A stretch of 64,000 nt of DNA, taken from positions 96,001-160,000 of the forward strand of contig CAVYRF010000001.1 in NCBI GenBank assembly GCA_963770895.1, read 5' to 3'. How positions within the stretch are numbered: position 1 is the stretch's first letter; each line of letters opens with the position of its first letter. The translations under genes were made by a program, and so were the position numbers. The stretch is from an uncultured Acidobacteriota bacterium (lineage in GTDB: Bacteria > Acidobacteriota > Thermoanaerobaculia > Multivoradales > UBA5704). Under the pieces are notes generated by a model that made no database searches, was not told the DNA's origin, and saw only the letters and a list, made by a program, of their open reading frames with translations. Below, piece after piece: positions 57,653-64,000 of the stretch.

Positions 57653-59107
57653 CTACAGGTAGCCCAGGCTGCGCAGGCGCCGGGCGTCTTCGTCGGCGGG
57701 GAGGGGGGGACGGGGGCGGTGGCGGATGAAGTCGCCGCGCAGCTGGTAGGCCATCGCATTGACTTCGAGCGGAAAGTCGGGTCGCCAGGCGGCGGCGGCC
57801 CGGCTCCAGGCGGCCAGCTCGGCCGAGTCCGGCAGCGGCGCCGGCAGCGGGTGCCGTTCGCCGGGGTCGCCGGCGAGGTCGAACTGCAGGCCGGTGCGCT
57901 GGCTGGCGACGAAGCGCGCGGGGACCCGGACCTCGCCCTGGGGCGTGGCTTCGGCGGGCAGGCTGAGGAACGTCTTGCGGCCGGCGCGGAGCTCTCCATA
58001 GAGCGGCGGGTCGACGTGCAGCTCCATGAACACGCCGGCGCCGTCGCCCGGGATGCCGGCGACGAGCGGCAGGAGGCTCCGGCCTTGGAGCGCCGCCGGC
58101 CTGGGCTGCCCCAGCGCCGCCAGGACGGTCGGCAGCAGGTCGACCACCGACACCGGCTGCCCGACGCGGCTGCCGCGTGCCGCCGCCATGCCGGCGGGCG
58201 GCTTGATGATGAGCGGCACGTGGACGTTTTCTTCGAACAGGTCGTCGCTATGGACGAAGCGGCGGCCGTGCTCGCCCATCTGCTCGCCGTGGTCGGCATT
58301 GAAGACGATGAGCGACCGGTCGAACAGGCCGGCGCCGCGCAGGTACTCCAAAAAGGCGCCGGTTTCGTGCGCGGCGTAGGCGATCTCGCCGTCGTACAGG
58401 TCGCGGTAGCGGTTGGCGTCCAGGACGCCGGGGATCCGCTGGTAGAGCGGGATCGCCGACTGCGGGATCGGCGCGGCGGTGGCGGAATGGAAACGTTGCG
58501 CAAACTCTCCCGGCGGCGTGTAGGGGCCGTGCGGATCGATCAGGTGGATGAAGCAGAAGAACGGTTGATCGCGATGGCGGTCGATCCAGGCGCGGGCGAC
58601 GGCCAGCGTGCCGGCGGCCTTGCGCTCGTAGTTTTCGCGGTACGCCTCGCGCTCGGTGACGAAGTCGTCGTAGGTCTGGAAGCCGCGATCGAAATGCGAG
58701 AAGTCGCGGATCATGACGAAGCTGGAGACGAAGGCGGCGGTTTTGTAGCCCGCCTGCGCCAGCAGCGTGGCGGCGGTGGGAGCGCGGTTGGGGAGGCGCA
58801 TGTAAAGGTGCTCGACACCGTGCCGGTAGGGGTGCAGGCCGGTCAGCATCGAAGCGATCGCCGGCGAGGTTTCGGGGGTCGTCGTGTAGGCGCGCTCGAA
58901 GAGCACTCCCTGGTCGACCAGCGGGCGCAGCTGGGGCGCCGTGGCGCGTCCGTAGCCGTACCACTCCAGGTGATCGGCGCGCAGGGTGTCGATGACGATC
59001 CAAATGACCGGAGTCGGCGGTGCGGGCCGGGAGCGGGTACACCCCACGATGGTGCCGCTCCCGATGACGAGAACCGCGAGCAGCGCGGTCGCGGCTGGCC
59101 GGTTCAT
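57653..59107 (-). CDS. Sulfatase-like (alkaline phosphatase superfamily) lipoprotein
   Basis: Lipobox-like IVGC, IDTLRADHL, DPHGPY, YDGEI, ADHGE and C-terminal LRSLGYL. Confidence 0.85.
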   Translation of the reverse strand: MNRPAATALLAVLVIGSGTIVGCTRSRPAPPTPVIWIVIDTLRADHLEWYGYGRATAPQLRPLVDQGVLFERAYTTTPETSPAIASMLTGLHPYRHGVEHLYMRLPNRAPTAATLLAQAGYKTAAFVSSFVMIRDFSHFDRGFQTYDDFVTEREAYRENYERKAAGTLAVARAWIDRHRDQPFFCFIHLIDPHGPYTPPGEFAQRFHSATAAPIPQSAIPLYQRIPGVLDANRYRDLYDGEIAYAAHETGAFLEYLRGAGLFDRSLIVFNADHGEQMGEHGRRFVHSDDLFEENVHVPLIIKPPAGMAAARGSRVGQPVSVVDLLPTVLAALGQPRPAALQGRSLLPLVAGIPGDGAGVFMELHVDPPLYGELRAGRKTFLSLPAEATPQGEVRVPARFVASQRTGLQFDLAGDPGERHPLPAPLPDSAELAAWSRAAAAWRPDFPLEVNAMAYQLRGDFIRHRPRPPLPADEDARRLRSLGYL

Positions 59108-59400
59108 GAGGGGTGCAGGATAGCACGCGCGATCGATCGATCACGATATGCGGAGGCGCCGCGGCGACGCCTTCGGAAAGCTATCGAAGATCGTCTATGT
59201 TCGCATGGTTAAAAGGTTTGCATGGGGTCGGCGGGTATTTCTATTTCGACTCGATTCTGCGCATAATCCACGCGTTCAATTAGAAACCCGCGATGCCCGC
59301 GGGTGGGATTCATGAGTGCCCGCCGCTGAGCGGGGGGTGTCGTGACGGCCTTCGGGCGGGGCCGAGCGGACCTGACTGTGCCATCTGGGAGGATGACTGC

Positions 59401-62400
59401 ATGAGCCGCAAAGTGGTCTGTTGGATCGGTGCCCTATGGTTCGGAATCGTCGCTGCGCAGGTGTCGGCGCAGCCCCTGCTCAAGTCGGCGGTGCAAGTGA
59501 ACGCGGGGAACACCATCCCGGCGGGCCAGACCTTTGGCTATCGGCTCACCTACAACTGCAGCAGCACGTCGGGCCCCTGCCTCAACTCCGAGGTGGACGA
59601 TCTGCTGCCGGCTCAAGTGCAGTACGTCTCGACCGTGCCGGCCAGTCCCACCGGCGACGTGGCGGCGATCAACGTCACCAACAACTACATGGGTTCGGGA
59701 CAGACGCGGGTGCAGTTCGTGATGAACAGCCCGCTGACCGCCGGCAACAGCGGCGACCTGCTGATCAACGTGCGCTTCCCCGACGGCTCGACCGCCAACG
59801 GCACCACGGCGGTCAACACCGCCGACGCCATCAACCTGAGCGCCACCCCCGGCACCTTCACCACGCCGCCGGTCACCGTCACCGCCACCGCGGCGCTGGA
59901 CGCGACGCTCACCAAGACGCTGCTCACCAACCCGGCCAACCTGGACATGCCGGTGTCCTACCGGCTGAGCATCGCGGTCCCGAGCGGCGGCGGCGACCTG
60001 GAGCTGACCGCCATCGGGCCGGTGACCGATACGCTGCCCACCGGCGTGGTGTTCACCAGCGCCAGCCCGGCCGCCGACTGCGAGCCGGGCTGTGACGGCA
60101 CCACCCCGGCCACCATCACCTGGACCGCCCCCTGCACGGTGCCGTTGGGCTCGGGCAGCAGCTGCAACATCCAGGTCAACGTCACCTACCCCAGCGCCAC
60201 GTTCACCAGCGGCACCAGCGTCACCAACTCGTTTACCGCCACCGGCACGCCGCTGGGCGGCACGCCGGAGAGCCTGGGCACCGGCCACGTCACCCATACG
60301 GTGACCACCTTCGTGCCCAACCCAAGCGCCGGCCTGGGCAAGGACATCGCGGGCGGCAGCCCCAACCCGCCGACCCTCAACCAGGCTTTCACCTGGGAGC
60401 TGACGCCGTCGGACAACGGCAACGTGCCTCTCGACACCATGGTCTTCATCGACACGGTGCCGGTGCAGCTGCAGATCGCCAGCGTCACGACCGGCGCCTA
60501 CAGCGGCGCCGCGGACTTCGCCGCCGGCGTCGGCGTGCAGGTCAGCTACGAAAAGAACACCGCGCCGGGCACCTTCACCCTGTGGGGCTCTTCGCCCAAC
60601 ACCACCACCAACACCACGCTCACCTACCCGCCGCCCGGCCTGGGCGCCGGCGAATACGTCACCCGCATCGAGTGGCAGTTCGGCCAGGTGCAGGCAGGCA
60701 TGAACGCCACCACGCGGCCGGCGATCAACGGCCAGATCGTCAACCCCGACAACGCCGGCAACCCGGTGGCGTTCGGCAACAGCATCCAGAACTGCGCCGC
60801 GCTCACCGCGGTCTACACCGCCGGCCCCACCAACGTCAGCCACAACGTCTGCTCGACGTTCACGCTCAGCGGTCCGTTCGTGCAGCTCAACCCCGAAAAG
60901 GACAACCTGTCGGGCGGCGGCCCCTTCAACCAGGGCCAGACGGTGAACTGGCGGCTGCGCGTGCGCAGCGCGCCGCAATCGAGCGACCCGGCGCCGCTCG
61001 CCGGGCTGGTGGCGGCCGACCTGCTGCCGGTGGATCTGGTGTACAGCGGCAGCTGGACGTTCGACGATCAGGGCACCGGCCTGCCGGCGCCGCAGACTTT
61101 CGAAGAGATCCCCAACTTCGCCGGCACCGGCCGCACCCTGCTGCGCTGGACCTGGACCGCCGGCAGCGGCGACCTGGGCGTCAACCAGGAGGTGTTCATC
61201 CTGTACAGCACCACGGTGCGCTCCGGCGCCACCTATGGGCCGCTGTCCAACACGCTCAGCCTGACCTCCAACAATCCCGGCCTGGCGCTGCGCTGCTCGG
61301 GATCGTCGTCGGCGGACACCCTCAACATTTCCGGCGACGGCACGTCGCAGACGCTGTGCAACGCCTCCGGCACCATCAACGTGGCGCCCATCGCCCAGCT
61401 GGTGTCCAACAAGCAGGTGCGCGGCACCTGCGACAGCGGTTTCACCGCGACGTCGAACGGCACGCTGGTCGGCGGCGCGCTGCAATACCAGCTGACGGTC
61501 GAGAACGTCGGCACGGTGCCGATGCAGAACATGGTGATGATCGACATCCTGCCGTTCGTCGGCGACACCGGGGTGCGCGACACGTCGCCGCGCGGCTCGA
61601 CCTGGACGCCGCTGCTGGCGGCGCCGATCCTGCCGCCCGCCGGCACGATCCTGTACTACTCGACGTCGGGCAACCCCTGCCGGCCCGAGGTGGGAGGGCC
61701 GACGAGCAGCTGCGACCCGCCCAACTGGACGACCGTGGCGCCGGTGCCGATCACCTCGGTGCGCTCGTTCAAGGTGGACTTCGGCAGCCGCGTGATCGGC
61801 GCCTTCGACTCGCTGTCGTTCACCTTCAACCTGACCACCCCCGGCAACCTGCCGGCGGGCAGCGCCTACAACTCGTTTGCCTACCAGGCCAACCGTGCCG
61901 ACGGGCTGGGCTCGCTCGCCGCCGAGCCGCAGAAGGTCGGCGTCGCGGCCGGCACCTGCACCGCCGGGCTGCTGGGCGACTTCGTGTGGGTGGACACCAA
62001 TAAGAACGGCCTGCAGGACGACGGCCCCACCGGCCTCAACGGGGTCAACGTGCGGCTCTACTCGCCGGGCGCCGACGGCCTGCCGGGCACGCCGGACGAC
62101 GTACTGCTGGCGACCTCGGTGACGCAGCCGGGCCCGACCAGCGCGCCGGGCTGGTACAACTTCCCCGGCCTTGCCGCCGGCAGCTACTTTGTCTGCGTCA
62201 CGGCGCCGCCGACGTTCATCTTCACCATCCCCAACCAGGGGGCGCCGGGCAACAACTCGGTCGCCAACCAGGTGACCGGCTGCTCGCCGGTCGTCACGCT
62301 GGCGACGGGCGGTTCCAACCTGAACGTCGATTTCGGCCTGCAGGACACAGAGACCGCGTCGCTCGGCGACTACGTGTGGTTCGACCGCAACGCCGACGGT

Positions 62401-64000
62401 CTGCAGAACGAATCCACCTGGGACGGCGCCAACGGCGTCACCGTCAAGCTGTGGGTGGACAACGGCGATGGCGTCGCGCAGCCGGGCACCGGCGACTCGC
62501 TGGTGGCGACCACGCTGACCGCCGACGACGTGTACGGGCGCCCCGGCTACTACCGCTTCGACAACCTGGTGCCGGGCCTGAGCTACTACGTGCAGTTCAT
62601 CCTGCCGGCGGCGGCGACCGGCTTCACCACGCAGCACGCCGGCAGCGACACGACGATGGACTCCGACGCCAGCCAGACCAACGGCGTCACCCAGATGGTG
62701 GTGCTCACTCCGGGCGAATACAACAACACCCTCGACGCCGGCCTGATCGCCGCCAGCGGGACGCTGGCGATCGGCGACCAGGTGTGGCTCGACAGCAACA
62801 ACAACGGCATCTTCGAGCCGCAAAGCGGCGAAGCCGGCATCGACAACGTGCGGTTGGACCTGTACCTGGACGCCAACGGCGACGGCCTGCCGACGGTCGG
62901 CGAGTACGCCGGCTCCACCTTCACCAGCACCTCGGGCGGCTTCGCTGGCCGCTACCAGTTCGACAACCTGGCGGGCGGCAAGTACATCGTGGTGGTCGAC
63001 CCGGTGAACTTCACCGGCAACGGCGCGCTGTCCGGCATGATGTCCAGCACCGGCAACGATCCGGCGCCCAGCCCCAACACCTGCACCGACGGCGTCGACA
63101 AGGGGACGCCCATCGGCGCGCTCATCGGCACCCTGCAGTTCACCCTCACCGTCGGCCAGACCAACTGCGGCACCGGCGGCCCCAACACCAACTTCACCGT
63201 CGACTTCGGCTTCCTGCCGTCGGCCGGCACGCCGCCGCCGATGTACGACTACGGCGACGCGCCCGACAACGGCACGGTGGGACCGGGCAGCTACAACACG
63301 ACGGCGCTCAACAACGGCCCCTACCACCTGCTCGGCGTCAAGAACGCGCCGTTCCTGGGCCACTGCGTCGACGCCGACACCGGCTTCAACCAGGGCTACC
63401 TGGCCAAGGCTGACGACGAAACGCTGTCCGCCTTCGTCGTCGGCACCTGCGGCCCCAGCGGCAACGACGAAGACGGCGTGGTGTTCAGCAATCCGTTCAC
63501 CCCCGGCGGCACGGCCAGCTTCACCGTCACCGCCGGCGGCCCGGTGCCCTGCGTGCTCAACGCCTGGGTGGACTGGAACGGCGACGGCGTGTTCGGCGAC
63601 TCGGCGGGCGAGCAGATCGCAACCGACCTGACCGTGTCGCCGGGCACCCCGGCGGTGCTCACCCCGACGGTGCCGGCCGGCGCGGTGCCGGGCGTGACCT
63701 ACGCCCGCTTCCGCTGCTCGACGGCCACCGGGCTGGGACCGACCGGTCCGGCTCCCGACGGCGAGGTCGAGGACTACGCGGTCAGCATCGTCGGCTACGA
63801 CTACGGCGACGCCCCGCAGACCTACGGCACCGCCGGCGCCGGCGCCGCCCGCCACAAGGTCGACCCGCTGGCGCCGCCGCTGATGCTCGGCCAGTGCGTC
63901 GACACCGAGCCCGACGGCCAGCCCAGCGTCGGGGCGGACGGCGACGACACCCATGCCGGCACCAGCCGCATCGGCAACTGTTTCAACGACGAGGACGGGG
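59401..64000 (+). CDS. Giant secreted surface protein with DUF11/Ig-like, SdrD-B-like and GEVED domains (runs off the window)
   Basis: ATG follows a GGAGG RBS. Signal peptide MSRKVVCWIGALWFGIVAAQVSA. Repeats LGDFVWVDTNKNGLQD, LGDYVWFDRN and IGDQVWLDSN, plus DYGDAP and DGEVEDY. It is absent from the ORF track because there is no stop in the window. Confidence 0.88.
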   Translation, partial: MSRKVVCWIGALWFGIVAAQVSAQPLLKSAVQVNAGNTIPAGQTFGYRLTYNCSSTSGPCLNSEVDDLLPAQVQYVSTVPASPTGDVAAINVTNNYMGSGQTRVQFVMNSPLTAGNSGDLLINVRFPDGSTANGTTAVNTADAINLSATPGTFTTPPVTVTATAALDATLTKTLLTNPANLDMPVSYRLSIAVPSGGGDLELTAIGPVTDTLPTGVVFTSASPAADCEPGCDGTTPATITWTAPCTVPLGSGSSCNIQVNVTYPSATFTSGTSVTNSFTATGTPLGGTPESLGTGHVTHTVTTFVPNPSAGLGKDIAGGSPNPPTLNQAFTWELTPSDNGNVPLDTMVFIDTVPVQLQIASVTTGAYSGAADFAAGVGVQVSYEKNTAPGTFTLWGSSPNTTTNTTLTYPPPGLGAGEYVTRIEWQFGQVQAGMNATTRPAINGQIVNPDNAGNPVAFGNSIQNCAALTAVYTAGPTNVSHNVCSTFTLSGPFVQLNPEKDNLSGGGPFNQGQTVNWRLRVRSAPQSSDPAPLAGLVAADLLPVDLVYSGSWTFDDQGTGLPAPQTFEEIPNFAGTGRTLLRWTWTAGSGDLGVNQEVFILYSTTVRSGATYGPLSNTLSLTSNNPGLALRCSGSSSADTLNISGDGTSQTLCNASGTINVAPIAQLVSNKQVRGTCDSGFTATSNGTLVGGALQYQLTVENVGTVPMQNMVMIDILPFVGDTGVRDTSPRGSTWTPLLAAPILPPAGTILYYSTSGNPCRPEVGGPTSSCDPPNWTTVAPVPITSVRSFKVDFGSRVIGAFDSLSFTFNLTTPGNLPAGSAYNSFAYQANRADGLGSLAAEPQKVGVAAGTCTAGLLGDFVWVDTNKNGLQDDGPTGLNGVNVRLYSPGADGLPGTPDDVLLATSVTQPGPTSAPGWYNFPGLAAGSYFVCVTAPPTFIFTIPNQGAPGNNSVANQVTGCSPVVTLATGGSNLNVDFGLQDTETASLGDYVWFDRNADGLQNESTWDGANGVTVKLWVDNGDGVAQPGTGDSLVATTLTADDVYGRPGYYRFDNLVPGLSYYVQFILPAAATGFTTQHAGSDTTMDSDASQTNGVTQMVVLTPGEYNNTLDAGLIAASGTLAIGDQVWLDSNNNGIFEPQSGEAGIDNVRLDLYLDANGDGLPTVGEYAGSTFTSTSGGFAGRYQFDNLAGGKYIVVVDPVNFTGNGALSGMMSSTGNDPAPSPNTCTDGVDKGTPIGALIGTLQFTLTVGQTNCGTGGPNTNFTVDFGFLPSAGTPPPMYDYGDAPDNGTVGPGSYNTTALNNGPYHLLGVKNAPFLGHCVDADTGFNQGYLAKADDETLSAFVVGTCGPSGNDEDGVVFSNPFTPGGTASFTVTAGGPVPCVLNAWVDWNGDGVFGDSAGEQIATDLTVSPGTPAVLTPTVPAGAVPGVTYARFRCSTATGLGPTGPAPDGEVEDYAVSIVGYDYGDAPQTYGTAGAGAARHKVDPLAPPLMLGQCVDTEPDGQPSVGADGDDTHAGTSRIGNCFNDEDG

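Noticed and set aside
59434-63954. 1506-aa minus-strand ORF
   Set aside because: Shadow of the real plus-strand surface-protein gene starting at 59401, which shows clear SdrD/GEVED motifs.

Overview
High-GC bacterial DNA, most likely Acidobacteriota (inferred from the Cys-rich RpoB insertion, ECF/Ser-Thr kinase pair, YfhO/ArnT/sulfatase genes and RiPP precursor style). Bases 1 to ~29,340 are the right part of an integrative mobile island. It starts with an IS-riddled defence/TA cluster: DUF4238, HicBA, an IS-split PD-(D/E)XK nuclease gene, DUF3800, two IS1182, and an IS701 holding an IS66 fragment. A structured non-coding block follows at 8,990-9,440. The backbone is XRE, a RuvC-like nuclease, a VirD4/TrwB-like ATPase, a second VirD4-like ATPase fused to a nuclease-like domain, and a large serine recombinase. 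Between the two ATPases sits cargo: an ECF/kinase pair and secreted Ig-domain proteins. A 1.9-kb vapBC-DUF429 cassette is bracketed by two att-like direct repeats. Bases ~30,000-64,000 look like host chromosome: an orphan VioB-like protein, envelope and metabolic genes, an orphan lanthipeptide-like precursor, the tRNA-Thr/tuf/tRNA-Trp/secE/nusG/rplKAJL/rpoBC cluster (no rpmG), and a giant SdrD/GEVED surface protein running off the end. Family assignments come from motif recognition by eye, not database searches.
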